Numbered from the stretch's first letter, positions 1-12,366 are shown. The stretch: 24,000 bases of DNA from Enterococcus thailandicus (GCF_001886265.1 NZ_JXLE01000002.1:1-24000), one strand, 5' to 3'. Made by a program: numbers and translations. The notes: generated by a model not told the origin, from the sequence alone.

Positions 1-127
1 TTTTTCTGTCTAGTTAATTGTAGCCTATCCAATTGTCTTAGAAGAAAAACATAGTTATCGAGGAGACCGCTCAGCATTTCTGATTCGTTCAAGTCTCCCG
101 CGTTTTAAATATAAGGAAGAATCAATT

Positions 128-2184
<2,057 letters not shown>

Positions 2185-2194
2185 AGAGCCCTCA

Positions 2195-2236
2195 AAAAAG
2201 CATTCACTAACGAGAAACGTTAGTGAATGCTTTTTG
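2195..2236. terminator. bidirectional rho-independent terminator between convergent genes
   Basis: Perfect stem AAAAGCATTCACTAACG / CGTTAGTGAATGCTTTT with a 5-nt loop. An A-run lies on the left and a T-run on the right. It overlaps the last codons of the minus-strand regulator. Confidence 0.8.
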
Positions 2237-3664
2237 TGTTGTTAGTTGTTTTATTTGATTGTTGAGATCGTACCAGTTACGTTCACTAAAGTAGTCTGAG
2301 AAGCAAATAACATTTTTTATGCATTGAGGTGTATCAGCGATTGAGGTGACCAAAATAGCCTCATCGGGAATCATAATCAGCTCATCGTCCATCATTAAAT
2401 GACAGTTTATATGGTAACGGCAATGACTTTCTAATTCTTTTTTTATAAACAGTGCATGTTCTAAATCAGTATCAACAAAAATATAAATAGCAATACATTG
2501 CTCAATTTTATGCAGACAATTGTAAAGCTCGTACCAATGTGTCAGTAGAATGTAGATCAACTCATTGATTTCAGATTGAGGTGCAGCGGGAGCAAGAAGA
2601 TTGATTACATAAGCAGATAAATAGTCCTTTAGATGAGGGTACTTAATGGATAAATGTTCTAAAAAAGTTGCTCTGCGATCGTAAAGCAAAAACGTTCGAG
2701 GACTTTTAAACTGCAAAATATTGATAAAATCCAAAATGAGCATTTGTTCCGTTGACTCAGGCAGTCTGATTCCTAAATCTTGAGAAATGGTCTGCAAATT
2801 TGTTTTGATTGTTTGCATTTTCTCTGTTACTTCTATGGATTGCTCGGCCATCGTTTCAACCTGACCATAAGAATAGTAAAGGTAATAATTATTTAGTTGG
2901 TACAACAAATCGTTGATTGTTTCTAATGTTAGTGGAATCTGAAAAAGGTGCTCGAATTGATGGATAAATGTTTTATCTGATAATAAGCTACTTGTTTTGA
3001 AGCGATTCTTTTTTGGGGTGATACGATGACCGTACTTGATTCGAACGGCATTTAGATACATCCAACGAATATATTTACTGACTTGGTTTTTATAGATTTT
3101 TATTCCTCTTTGCTGAAATAAATCCTGAACTAAAGCATGTAAACATTGTCTTTGTTCCGTTGTCAAAAATTCTAGGTTGAAATACTTTTCATCATAAAAA
3201 TAATTAAAAAATTGTCTTATTTTTTCTTCTTCTCCCTCAATGGCGGCATTGTTATTTGAAATCAGGATGTCTTCCCTTTTTAAAAGTGGTTTAATTCTGG
3301 TAATCGCTCGTTTCACCGTTGAGAGACTGACAAAGTTTTTTTCGGCTAGCTCTTCTAAAGTGAGATTTTCGTTTAAAAAGATTTGTTGAAGAATGGAAAA
3401 CTCAAGGCTATGTTTCAATATGATACTGTAGACGTATCGGAAAGAATGTTCTTTGGGGATGATCAGATGCACTCCGCGATTGTCAGAGGAGATGTAGATG
3501 GGCAACTGGTAGCCATTGAACTCCTGTATATATGTCGATAACGTACGAATAGGAATAGCTAGTGTTTGACTAAGTTCTTTTAAGGAAGTGGTTTGTCGAT
3601 TTCGATTCAACTCTTCCAGCAAGGTCAATAGTTTAAGGTCATGACTTGATAGCAATTTTTTCAA
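2207..3664 (-). CDS. Mga/AtxA-like helix-turn-helix transcriptional regulator (485 aa)
   Basis: Two N-terminal HTH-like segments (LKELSQTLAIPIRTLSTYI and LSTVKRAITRIK). The size (about 490 aa) and architecture are typical of Mga-family stand-alone regulators, which are abundant in enterococci and streptococci. Family call is from pattern memory only. Confidence 0.5.
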   Translation of the reverse strand: MKKLLSSHDLKLLTLLEELNRNRQTTSLKELSQTLAIPIRTLSTYIQEFNGYQLPIYISSDNRGVHLIIPKEHSFRYVYSIILKHSLEFSILQQIFLNENLTLEELAEKNFVSLSTVKRAITRIKPLLKREDILISNNNAAIEGEEEKIRQFFNYFYDEKYFNLEFLTTEQRQCLHALVQDLFQQRGIKIYKNQVSKYIRWMYLNAVRIKYGHRITPKKNRFKTSSLLSDKTFIHQFEHLFQIPLTLETINDLLYQLNNYYLYYSYGQVETMAEQSIEVTEKMQTIKTNLQTISQDLGIRLPESTEQMLILDFINILQFKSPRTFLLYDRRATFLEHLSIKYPHLKDYLSAYVINLLAPAAPQSEINELIYILLTHWYELYNCLHKIEQCIAIYIFVDTDLEHALFIKKELESHCRYHINCHLMMDDELIMIPDEAILVTSIADTPQCIKNVICFSDYFSERNWYDLNNQIKQLTTQKAFTNVSR

Positions 3665-3790
3665 GGGATAAGCTCCTTTTTTACCAACTAAATGATTAGT
3701 TGCCGTTCTTTCTTATATCGTTTAGTTTATTATAACTTTTGCTATCTAATTATCCAACACTTGCATGAAATTGCTTACAAAAAATTCTCC

Positions 3791-4273
3791 TCATTCAAAA
3801 TAAAGAGAGTTAAACATTTTTTTGTCAACAGTTATTGAAGTATCAATAAAATGATTCATTTGCCATTCTTGTGTACGAGCGGCAGTCTTGTTTAAATCGT
3901 GTACCCAAGTGGGATAAATTCGCATCGCCATTTTCCCATTTGAAGTTTTGCTTTTGAGAATCCCTTTTTTTAGTAACACCTCTTTCGGAAAAATAAATTT
4001 CCCGGATAGTTGTCCGTCAAGAATAGTAATAATCAGTTTGTCGGGGCTATTTTCGTATAAGAATGGCTGATTTTTATCAGTAATGTCCTTTTCCCAGAAC
4101 GCAACAAAATAGCCTTTTTTCTTGGGGGTTGATTTGGCGAGTCGACTACGAAATGTGTGGGTATTTATTGAAAAAGTTGTACCTTCATACTCTTCATTTT
4201 GTCTTTCATAGTGAAGATTTTCGAAAGAAAAGTCATTCAATTTTTCAGTGATGAAACACAATGATTTATACAA
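3791..4273 (-). CDS. MepB-family protein (160 aa, TTG start)
   Basis: GGAGGA SD 7 nt upstream of the TTG. The central segment RSRLAKSTPKKKGYFVAFWEKD resembles the MepB family as I recall it. Function unknown. Confidence 0.45.
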   Translation of the reverse strand: MYKSLCFITEKLNDFSFENLHYERQNEEYEGTTFSINTHTFRSRLAKSTPKKKGYFVAFWEKDITDKNQPFLYENSPDKLIITILDGQLSGKFIFPKEVLLKKGILKSKTSNGKMAMRIYPTWVHDLNKTAARTQEWQMNHFIDTSITVDKKMFNSLYFE

Positions 4274-4672
4274 CGGTGGTCCTCCCTAAATGTTTTTGTA
4301 ACTGAAATTCTCTCATAGAGGGAAAGTCATTACAATGTTAATGCCTCGAGTGTAACTTTTATTTTTCTTTCGCTCACCAAGGAAAATAACGTATCATTAA
4401 TTAAATAAAAACTACTATCAGCAAATGGATTCACAAGAAGACCGATTCATGAGCTTAAAAAAACAACGGTTATCAAACTGAAACCAGATTCAAAGTCCTT
4501 TATTCGTTAGTTAATTCAAGAAAAAATAAATGAAACTAGCATTAATGAACGGCAAAAAAGAAGGTGATGAATTTGGTTTGAATAAAGAAAAATGATTCAG
4601 GTAAAATAACTCAAAACGATTTTAAAGGTAGAAAAGAAGTGAGTAAATAAAAAACATTTAAAAAGAAAGGGC

Positions 4673-4701
4673 TTGCATTTGTGTTCAGGCACAGTTACAA
4701 T
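4673..4701 (+). promoter_or_regulatory. sigma-A type promoter for the yhf/php-like operon
   Basis: TTGCAT (4673-4678), a 17-nt spacer, then TACAAT (4696-4701), about 65 nt upstream of the first gene. Confidence 0.55.
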
Positions 4702-4707
4702 CTGTTT

Positions 4708-4722
4708 GTAATTATTAATTAC
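4708..4722. promoter_or_regulatory. perfect 7-1-7 palindrome GTAATTA-T-TAATTAC, candidate operator
   Basis: Starts 7 nt downstream of the -10 hexamer, a position suited to repressor binding. AT-rich, so a chance occurrence cannot be excluded. Confidence 0.3.
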
Positions 4723-4767
4723 GTATCAATATACAAAAAAATGTACATTCATTTAGGAGGACTTTTG

Positions 4768-5130
4768 ATGAAAAAAATCGTAGTAGGTGGCCAAATTGAT
4801 AAAAGTGAAGTGAAAGAATTAGTTGAAAAATTCAGTGATGGAAAGTACGAAATCACAGTGAAAAGTGATTTGGATGCAGCGATGGCTGTAAAAAATGGTC
4901 AAGCCGACTATTATGTGGGGGCTTGCAATACTGGTGGTGGTGGAGCATTAGCAATGGCGTTAGCTTTATTAGGTCATGACAATTGTGTAACCGTTTCAAT
5001 GCCAGGGAAAGTAATGGCTGAAGAAGAAATTCGCGAGAATGTTCGTTCTGGTAAACAAGCGTTTGGTTTTACTGCCCAACACAAAGAAGTAGTTGTGCCA
5101 ATCATTATGGATGAATTAAAAAAACAATAG
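4768..5130 (+). CDS. yhfU: YhfU-like DUF2620 protein (120 aa)
   Basis: AGGAGG SD at 4755-4760. Motif DYYVGACNTGGGGALAMA is present and the gene lies next to yhfT/php homologs. The track's upstream GTG extension (4681) lacks an SD. Confidence 0.75.
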   Translation: MKKIVVGGQIDKSEVKELVEKFSDGKYEITVKSDLDAAMAVKNGQADYYVGACNTGGGGALAMALALLGHDNCVTVSMPGKVMAEEEIRENVRSGKQAFGFTAQHKEVVVPIIMDELKKQ

Positions 5131-5151
5131 AATGATCGTGGGGGAAAGAAG

Positions 5152-6468
5152 ATGGATTCGTCAAGAATAATTGAATTAATTGCTATCGCATCATTGGGTG
5201 GTTTATGTGCGGTATTAGCGAACAAGGGAATTGCTGTCTTTAATGATGGCTTGCGCCCAATCGTACCAGAGTTTTTAGAGGGGAAAATTGGGAAAAAAGA
5301 AATTGCTGCGACAAGTTTTGCGTTAAGTTTTGGTTTGGTTATCGGATTTGGGATACCAGTGTCGATTGGTGCATCAATTTTGTTAGTTCATAGTGTGTTA
5401 TTGATGACAGATATTATCGGCTCTTGGGCACCCGAAGGAAAAACAGGCGTAATCATTTCGGCAGTGGTGGGTGCACTTTATGGGGTTGGTTTAGTTTTAG
5501 GACTTCAAGCAGTCGTTGATTTATTCGCGATGATGCCGGTCAACTTTATGGATGCACTTTCTTCGGTCGGGGCACCTGTAGTCATTTCCTTTAGTATTTT
5601 CCCGGCAGTAGCGATTACAAGCCAACATGGATTTAAAAAAGGTGCAATCTCTTTTGGTGCGACATTATTAACTTTATTTGTTGTTAAACGTTTCGGTACA
5701 TTCAACTTAGGAAATGGAGCAACTTTGACGCTTAGCGCAGAAGGTATGTCTTTACTTGTCGGAATGATTTTTATGATTGTTTACGCAATTCAGGTCAAGA
5801 GTGATGGTAGTAATTCAAACGAAAGTTTAGTCAGTGTCTTTTTGGAACGTGTGAATCGTATCAAGAAAAATTGGATTTGGCTATCCATTACAGGTGGTTC
5901 TGTAGCGGCTGCGACTAGTTTAATGATTATCGCTGGTGATCCAATTTCATTGAATTTACTTTCTGAAGGAAAAATGAGTGAAGCAGCTTTAGCCGCATTT
6001 GCTAGAGGAATTGGCTTTATTCCATTGGTTTTCTCAACAGCAATCGTTACCGGCGTTTATAGTCCGGCTGGAACAACTTTTGTTTTTGTAGCAGGAATAT
6101 TATTACATGATAAGCCAATCCTTGCGTTTATCGTTGGTGCGTTATTGATGTTTGTCGAAGTACAACTTTTGACATTGATGGCAAAAGCTTTGGATAAATT
6201 CCCGGGAATTCGCGAAATGGGTGAATATATTCGAACAGCAATGAACAAAGTTTTAGAGGTTGCTTTACTAATTGGTGGGGCAATGGCATCCGAACAAATT
6301 GCTCCCGGCATTGGCTATTTCTGGGTGATTGGCTTGATGCTGTTGAACAGAAAAGCAAAAAAACCAGTAGTAGAGTTAGCAGTTGGTCCAATTGCCGCAA
6401 TTAGTTTAGGCGTGATTGTTAATATTCTTTACTTACTTGGTCTATTTGTGCCAGTCGTTGCAAATTAG
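5152..6468 (+). CDS. yhfT: YhfT-like polytopic membrane protein, putative transporter (438 aa)
   Basis: At least 10 hydrophobic helices. Its position between the yhfU and php homologs matches the E. coli cluster. Confidence 0.75.
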   Translation: MDSSRIIELIAIASLGGLCAVLANKGIAVFNDGLRPIVPEFLEGKIGKKEIAATSFALSFGLVIGFGIPVSIGASILLVHSVLLMTDIIGSWAPEGKTGVIISAVVGALYGVGLVLGLQAVVDLFAMMPVNFMDALSSVGAPVVISFSIFPAVAITSQHGFKKGAISFGATLLTLFVVKRFGTFNLGNGATLTLSAEGMSLLVGMIFMIVYAIQVKSDGSNSNESLVSVFLERVNRIKKNWIWLSITGGSVAAATSLMIIAGDPISLNLLSEGKMSEAALAAFARGIGFIPLVFSTAIVTGVYSPAGTTFVFVAGILLHDKPILAFIVGALLMFVEVQLLTLMAKALDKFPGIREMGEYIRTAMNKVLEVALLIGGAMASEQIAPGIGYFWVIGLMLLNRKAKKPVVELAVGPIAAISLGVIVNILYLLGLFVPVVAN

Positions 6469-6483
6469 GAGGAATCAGATTAG

Positions 6484-7356
6484 ATGTTACTTGATGGAAT
6501 TACTTATATGCATGAGCACACGACAATTGATTTGTCTCGCTTAAAGAATATTGATGATACAAATCTGAATTGTTTTGAAGAAACTGTTTCAGAATACAAA
6601 AAATTGTATAATAAAGGTGTACGCAATATCGTGGACGTGACCAATATGGATATGAAAAGAAATCCAGCGTATGTACAAAAGGTTGCGGAATTATCTGGAA
6701 TAAATGTCGTTCAAGCAACGGGTTTTTATCAAGATAAATTTCTTCCAGAATTTGTCACTGATGCAACGATTGATGAGTTGACAGAATTTATGGTGAATGA
6801 AATTGAACACGGAATTGCAGGCACTGCAATCAAAGCACAAATTATTGGTGAGGTAGGAACAAGTAAAAACTTGATGACTACACGTGAACGAAAAGTTTTT
6901 ACCGCTTCAGTCATCGCACAAGAACAAACCAATGTTCCGATTACGACCCATACAACATTAGGAACTTATGGTCATGAGCAAGTAGCTTTTTTTAAAGAGC
7001 AACATGCGAATTTAGAAAAAATCGTTATTGGTCATGTAGACTTAACAGGAGATATTGATTATATTTTGCAGATGTTGGATCAAGGAGTCTATGTTGAGTT
7101 CGATACGGTTGGCAAAGAAAACTATCAGCCAGATTTAGTCAGAGCCAAAATGTTAAAAGAAATCGAAAGACGAGGATACGAAGACAAAGTGTTTCTTTCA
7201 ATGGATATTACTCGCAAATCAAATTTAACCTATCAGGGTGGAATTGGTTATTCCTACTTGTTAGATCAATTTGTTCCATTGGCACTTGAAAATGGGGTTT
7301 CTGAACAATTCATCCAGAAGATGCTACGTTTCAATCCTCAAACCTTTATGAAATAG
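6484..7356 (+). CDS. php: phosphotriesterase-homology protein (amidohydrolase superfamily, 290 aa)
   Basis: The N-terminal GITYMHEHTTIDLS carries the HxH metal-ligand motif, aligning with the E. coli Php N-terminus. Further His/Asp ligand candidates are present (HTT, GHVD, SMDI). Confidence 0.85.
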   Translation: MLLDGITYMHEHTTIDLSRLKNIDDTNLNCFEETVSEYKKLYNKGVRNIVDVTNMDMKRNPAYVQKVAELSGINVVQATGFYQDKFLPEFVTDATIDELTEFMVNEIEHGIAGTAIKAQIIGEVGTSKNLMTTRERKVFTASVIAQEQTNVPITTHTTLGTYGHEQVAFFKEQHANLEKIVIGHVDLTGDIDYILQMLDQGVYVEFDTVGKENYQPDLVRAKMLKEIERRGYEDKVFLSMDITRKSNLTYQGGIGYSYLLDQFVPLALENGVSEQFIQKMLRFNPQTFMK

Positions 7357-7368
7357 GAGTGAAACTTA

Positions 7369-8466
7369 ATGGAAACATTTCCTTTACCAAGTTTATCGCT
7401 TGATGAAGCGATGGAGCTACAATTCAAACTAGTTGAAGCTGTGACCAATCATTTTTCTGGTGCTGAGATCTTGACTCGTGGAGATCTTGGAGTAGTGAAA
7501 GGCTTGAATCAGCCAAAAACAACGAATAAAGTTGAAAAAGTTCTTGCAGAATTTTTCGATGCAGAAGCTGCAATGCTGGTTCGCGGATCAGGAACGAATG
7601 CGATTCGACTTGCACTTCACGCGAGTGTGGGTACGGGGAAAACGTTGCTCGTTCACGATGCACCTGTTTACCCGACAACACAAGTTTCAATTGATATGCT
7701 AGGAATTAAGCTAGTATACGCTGATTTTAATGACTGGGTTAACGTTGAAGCAGCATTAAAAGAAAACCAAATAGATGGTATATTAATTCAAGTAACACGA
7801 CAAAAGATGGCTGATTCCTATGATCTGCGTACATTGATTACCCAAATTCGTTCACTGGATCAAAAAGTGAAGATTCTAACGGATGATAATTATGCTGCTT
7901 TAAAAACGAATGGCATTGGGTGCCAATTCGGTGGCAACTTAGCTTGTTTTTCGACATTCAAATTATTAGGCCCCGAAGGAATTGGCTGTATTGTCGGTGA
8001 AAAGTCACTGATTGACCAACTGAAAACTGAAAATTATTCAGGTGGTGGACAAGTTCAAGGTCACGAAGCAATTGATGTAATAAGAGGAATGGTTTACGCA
8101 CCTGTTTCATTAGCCATTTCCGCTCAAGTAGGTGAAGAAGTCTGCCAACGAATCAATCAACAAGAAGTTGTCGGATTGAAAGAGGCATTTGTCGTTAATG
8201 CACAATCGAAAGTAGTCGTAGTGAAGCTAGCAAGCCCCATTGCAAAAAAGGTCATTGAATCAGCAACCCAATATGGTGCCTTGCCAAATCCAGTTGGAGC
8301 AGAGTCAAAATATGAATTTGCCCCATTGATTTACCGTGTATCAGGTACTTTCAGGAAGGCTGATCCAGATGCAGAAGACACCATGATCCGTATCAATCCA
8401 AATCGAGCAGGAGCAGAAACGATTATCCGTATTTTGAAAAAAGCAATGGCTAGTGTTCAACAGTAA
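7369..8466 (+). CDS. yhfS: YhfS-like PLP-dependent enzyme (aminotransferase fold type I-like, 365 aa)
   Basis: SxxK candidate PLP-lysine motif FSTFKLLGPEG, a GSGTNA segment, and cluster context. Confidence 0.7.
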   Translation: METFPLPSLSLDEAMELQFKLVEAVTNHFSGAEILTRGDLGVVKGLNQPKTTNKVEKVLAEFFDAEAAMLVRGSGTNAIRLALHASVGTGKTLLVHDAPVYPTTQVSIDMLGIKLVYADFNDWVNVEAALKENQIDGILIQVTRQKMADSYDLRTLITQIRSLDQKVKILTDDNYAALKTNGIGCQFGGNLACFSTFKLLGPEGIGCIVGEKSLIDQLKTENYSGGGQVQGHEAIDVIRGMVYAPVSLAISAQVGEEVCQRINQQEVVGLKEAFVVNAQSKVVVVKLASPIAKKVIESATQYGALPNPVGAESKYEFAPLIYRVSGTFRKADPDAEDTMIRINPNRAGAETIIRILKKAMASVQQ

Positions 8467-8476
8467 GGAGTTTACT

Positions 8477-9400
8477 ATGGGAGAAGAATTTTTAAAGAAA
8501 AAAGGAATTATCGTAAATTTTTTAGCTTCTGATTTATTACAGAAGAAAAAGGGTGATCGAGTACCGAGCGTGACTGACTATCAAACCAAATATGAAGTAG
8601 CACGAGGGACGATTCAAAATGCATTGTCTTTCTTAAAGGACAGAGAAGCAATCAAAGTAAAAAGTCATGGACACCTTGGTACCTTCATTGAAGAAATCAA
8701 CTATAGCATTTTACAGGAGTATGCGTTGTCCGATACGATTTTAGGAACGATGACATTACCATATTCGAGACTGTATGAAGGTTTAGCGACGGGTATTTAC
8801 GATGTGTTTAAAGAAAATAATATCAAATTAAATCTCGCCTATATTCGTGGTTCGAAAGAAAGAGTACGTTCAATCGTTAATAAAACCTATCGCTTTGCAG
8901 TTATTTCAAAATTTGCGGCAGAGCAAGCAATCTCAACAGGTGAACCAATTGAGATTAGTCTGGACTTCGGGAGCCGTTCTTACTTAAGCAAACATGTTCT
9001 CTTGTTCCGAGATAAGAATCAAAAACAAATCGAAAAAAATATGAAGATTGCTATTGATTATAGCTCAATTGATCAACAATTATTAACCAAATCTATTATT
9101 AAAGACGAGCAAGTCGAATACGTTGAAATGCAAGGACATCAGATTATCTCTGCACTACAAAATGGTCAAATCGATGCGGGAATCTGGAATTATGATGAAA
9201 TACGTGATAAAAATCATCAGGGATTACATCATGTTTTATTGGAAGACAGCCAGATGGAAAGAGATATGAGCACTTCTGTCATCATTACACATGTAGATGA
9301 CTCTTCAATGAATGCTTTTTTCCTGAAAAGTGTAGACAAAGAAAAAATCTTGTCCATTCAAAAAGATGTTTGTGCTGGAAAAATCATTCCACAATACTAA
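8477..9400 (+). CDS. yhfZ: YhfZ-like HTH transcriptional regulator (GntR-like N-terminus, 307 aa)
   Basis: AAGGAG SD at 8465-8470. N-terminal winged-HTH-like segment PSVTDYQTKYEVARGTIQNALSFLKD. Cluster context. Confidence 0.65.
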   Translation: MGEEFLKKKGIIVNFLASDLLQKKKGDRVPSVTDYQTKYEVARGTIQNALSFLKDREAIKVKSHGHLGTFIEEINYSILQEYALSDTILGTMTLPYSRLYEGLATGIYDVFKENNIKLNLAYIRGSKERVRSIVNKTYRFAVISKFAAEQAISTGEPIEISLDFGSRSYLSKHVLLFRDKNQKQIEKNMKIAIDYSSIDQQLLTKSIIKDEQVEYVEMQGHQIISALQNGQIDAGIWNYDEIRDKNHQGLHHVLLEDSQMERDMSTSVIITHVDDSSMNAFFLKSVDKEKILSIQKDVCAGKIIPQY

Positions 9401-9460
9401 TTCTTCTTACTAAAAAAGCATCAAAAAATAAAAACTTTGTTGGAATTTAGGGGGCGTAAC

Positions 9461-9814
9461 ATGATTCGAGAGAAATTAACGATATTGCTAAGTTCAAATG
9501 TCATCGACCAAGAAACACATGAGTATGTCTTACATGTGTTAGATTACCTATTAAAAAATGAAATCATTCAAAATGAACAAAGAGCAGATGTGTTTTTGAC
9601 ACATCTGGCAATGGCTGACATGCGTAGGAAAACAAGTGAAACAATCAATGATTTGGAATCCTTTATTCGAGTAGAAATCGAAGCAGATACGAAATATCTT
9701 CATTCAAAAGAGTTATGGCAGGATTTACAAAAAATGGCTAAGGAAAAGCAGTTTACCAATGCTGAGTTGGACTATTTTTACCTTCATATCATTAATATGT
9801 TGAGGGAGGAATAG
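9461..9814 (+). CDS. yhfY: YhfY-like PRD-domain protein (117 aa)
   Basis: AGGGGG SD before the ATG at 9461. The gene is short and helical, with the conserved His context FLTHLAMA. It sits immediately upstream of the yhfX homolog with a 1-nt gap. Confidence 0.6.
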   Translation: MIREKLTILLSSNVIDQETHEYVLHVLDYLLKNEIIQNEQRADVFLTHLAMADMRRKTSETINDLESFIRVEIEADTKYLHSKELWQDLQKMAKEKQFTNAELDYFYLHIINMLREE

Positions 9815-9815
9815 G

Positions 9816-10970
9816 ATGTTTTTAGATGTTACTACCCGAAGAAATCCCAAATTAATTGAAGCAGCAGTTAACTTACATCAAGAAGGACTGATACTTCCTG
9901 ATACGTATATTTTGGATCTCGATACGATTGAAAAAAATACGAAAAGTTTAGCACGTGATGCCAAGGAACAGGAAATCGAACTGTTTTATATGACGAAACA
10001 ATTTGGTCGAAATCCTTACGTTGCACAAAAAATCCATGACGCAGGAATTGAAAAAGCAGTTGTTGTAGATTTCAAAGAGGCGCTAGTTATGATGGAACAA
10101 GGATTACCCTTAGGAAATGTTGGCCATCTTGTCCAAATACCACAACAATTGTTAAAAAAAATCATGAGTTATGGAACAGAATTTATCACAATTTACTCAC
10201 TGGAAGCCTTACTCCAAATTATTGTTATAGCAACTGAATTAGCCATCAAACAAAAAATTTTAATCAAAGTGATTGAACCCGACGACCAAATTTATGAGGG
10301 GCAGTTTGGAGGTTTTCATCTAGCTGAGCTGGCTAGTGTTGCTGAACTAGCAAATGAAACCGATTTAGTTGAAATTGCAGGAGTTACTTCATTTCCTTGT
10401 TTTTTATTTGATGGTGTTTCGCAATTAGTCCCAACAAAAAATAGCGGAACCATTCGAGCAGCAAAAGAAATTTTACAACATGAAGGAGTAGTTATCACAG
10501 AAGTGAATATTCCATCCGCAACTTGTCATAAGACCATTCCTTTGATTAAAAAAATGGGCGGAACACAGGGAGAACCTGGACATGCCTTGACAGGGACAAC
10601 GCCTTTGCATGCAAAGTTGGATTTGCCTGAACTACCAGCGATGGTATATGTCAGTGAGATTTCTCATAATCTGGATGGCCAAGCATACTTTTATGGTGGA
10701 GGTTATTATCGACGAGGAAATTTGGGCTCCGTGCTGATTACCGAGGAAGACGAGTTACTAAAAGATGACGTGATACCTTTTAGTAATGAAAACATTGATT
10801 ACTATTTAGCAACTGCTCAAGAACATGCAGTTGGTTCGACCGTCATCGCCGCTTTTCGCACACAAATTTTTGTTACCCGAAGTGACGTTGCCGTGGTTTC
10901 TGGTATCCAAAAGGGGATGCCAAAAATCGAAGGGATTTATGATAGCTTGGGAAATTTAATTAGAAGGTGA
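9816..10970 (+). CDS. yhfX: YhfX-like fold-type III PLP enzyme (alanine racemase N-terminal domain family, 384 aa)
   Basis: Candidate PLP lysine in FYMTKQFGRNP. Size and cluster context match E. coli YhfX. Confidence 0.7.
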   Translation: MFLDVTTRRNPKLIEAAVNLHQEGLILPDTYILDLDTIEKNTKSLARDAKEQEIELFYMTKQFGRNPYVAQKIHDAGIEKAVVVDFKEALVMMEQGLPLGNVGHLVQIPQQLLKKIMSYGTEFITIYSLEALLQIIVIATELAIKQKILIKVIEPDDQIYEGQFGGFHLAELASVAELANETDLVEIAGVTSFPCFLFDGVSQLVPTKNSGTIRAAKEILQHEGVVITEVNIPSATCHKTIPLIKKMGGTQGEPGHALTGTTPLHAKLDLPELPAMVYVSEISHNLDGQAYFYGGGYYRRGNLGSVLITEEDELLKDDVIPFSNENIDYYLATAQEHAVGSTVIAAFRTQIFVTRSDVAVVSGIQKGMPKIEGIYDSLGNLIRR

Positions 10971-10977
10971 AAGAAGA

Positions 10978-12207
10978 ATGGGAAGATTTATCGTAATTGT
11001 ATTAGATAGTTTTGGTGTAGGTGCAATGGCTGATGTGGCAAAAGTCCGCCCTAGAGATTTGGGTAGTAATACCGCTGGTCATATTATTGAAAAAAACGAA
11101 AAAATCCATCTTCCAACATTAGAGAAACTTGGTTTAATGAATGCGTTGGGGTATGAAATAGAGCATCATAAGTTTTCAAAAACTGCAAACTACGGAACCA
11201 GTAATTTAGCACATTATGGAGCAGATTCTTTTTTAGGACACCAAGAAATTATGGGAACAACACCAAAAGTTCCATTGATTCAGCCGTTCAATCAAAAAAT
11301 CGATGTTGTTGAAGAAAATCTTCGAAAACACGGGTACAACGTCAGACGAGTAGGCGAGCTGGGAGCGCAGATCTTAGTAGTCAATGAAGTTGCTACAGTG
11401 GGCGATAATTTAGAAACAGATTATGGGCAAGTTTACAATGTATCCGCTTGCTTGGATTTGATTTCTTTTGAAGCTTTGACTGAGTTGGGTCATGCTGTTC
11501 GAGAGGTTGTCCAAGTTTCACGAGTAATTACCTTTGGTGGTCAGCAAATTACTTTAGCAGATTTGTTACGAGCAAGAAAAATCAAGAATAATGAAATTGC
11601 AGGTGTAGATGCACCTGAATCAGGTGTTTATAATCATGGTTATCAAGTTGTTCATTTAGGTTATGGGATAGATAAGAATGTCCAAACACCAACGATTTTA
11701 GATAAAGCTGGAATCCCAGTATCCTTTCTTGGTAAAGTTGCTGATATTATTCAGACAAATAGTAAGCGCTTATCTCCTGGTGTGGATACAGAGATGCTGT
11801 TTGATTCCTTGATTAACGAAGTGAAAGCAATAACTCATGGTTTTATTGCTCTGAATATTCAAGAAACCGATTTGGCGGGTCATGCTGAAGATGTAGAAAA
11901 ATATTCGGATCGTCTAGAGGTCAGTGATCGACGAATCAACGAATTACTTTCTTACTTGAATCAGGAGGATATATTGATTGTGATGGCCGATCATGGGAAT
12001 GATCCAACGATTGGTCATAGTAACCATACGCGAGAACGTGTGCCGTTACTGATTTATAGTCCAGAAATGCAAGGAAAAACGATTGGTGAACGAACGACTT
12101 TAGCAGATGTTGGAGCGACAGTATCCGAGTATTTTCAAGTGGATGCACCACAAAACGGTCACTCATTTTTAAAAGAGTTAATGTCAACTGAGCATAAATC
12201 TGACTAA
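10978..12207 (+). CDS. yhfW: YhfW-like phosphopentomutase/metalloenzyme-superfamily mutase (409 aa)
   Basis: N-terminal IVIVLDSFGVGA and C-terminal ADHGNDPTIGHSNHTRERVPLL are typical metal-ligand motifs of the phosphopentomutase / alkaline-phosphatase superfamily. Confidence 0.8.
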   Translation: MGRFIVIVLDSFGVGAMADVAKVRPRDLGSNTAGHIIEKNEKIHLPTLEKLGLMNALGYEIEHHKFSKTANYGTSNLAHYGADSFLGHQEIMGTTPKVPLIQPFNQKIDVVEENLRKHGYNVRRVGELGAQILVVNEVATVGDNLETDYGQVYNVSACLDLISFEALTELGHAVREVVQVSRVITFGGQQITLADLLRARKIKNNEIAGVDAPESGVYNHGYQVVHLGYGIDKNVQTPTILDKAGIPVSFLGKVADIIQTNSKRLSPGVDTEMLFDSLINEVKAITHGFIALNIQETDLAGHAEDVEKYSDRLEVSDRRINELLSYLNQEDILIVMADHGNDPTIGHSNHTRERVPLLIYSPEMQGKTIGERTTLADVGATVSEYFQVDAPQNGHSFLKELMSTEHKSD

Positions 12208-12366
12208 AAAAGTTAAATGCCAGTCTTCTTTTAATGATTGATCGATAAGTAGCATTTGCAAAAGAAGAAATGAATATTTAACAAAAATGTGAGCAATAAT
12301 TTCGAAGCCAGTAGTTTATTTTTGATGCTAGGTCACCGGTTATTCCTATTTTATGGAGGTTCAGGT

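Noticed and set aside
62-98. The GGAGAC...GTCTCC stem upstream of the small ORF and PTS gene as a possible RAT/antiterminator element for a Bgl-type PTS.
   Set aside because: It has only a 6-bp stem with a 25-nt loop, no resemblance to the RAT consensus, and no overlapping terminator. The window edge also prevents seeing the upstream context.
4479-4496. A cre-like sequence TGAAACCAGATTCA upstream of the yhf/php operon.
   Set aside because: It departs from the cre consensus TGWAANCGNTNWCA at the central CG and the flanking positions, and it lies about 190 bp upstream of the promoter.
4974-6400. Minus-strand ORFs overlapping yhfU/yhfT (4974-5225, 5505-5705, 6057-6311, 6128-6400). Similar antisense ORFs occur in php, yhfS, yhfX, yhfW, the amidase-like gene, cobW and adcA.
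   Set aside because: All are antisense to well-supported genes in a tightly packed operon and have no independent support.
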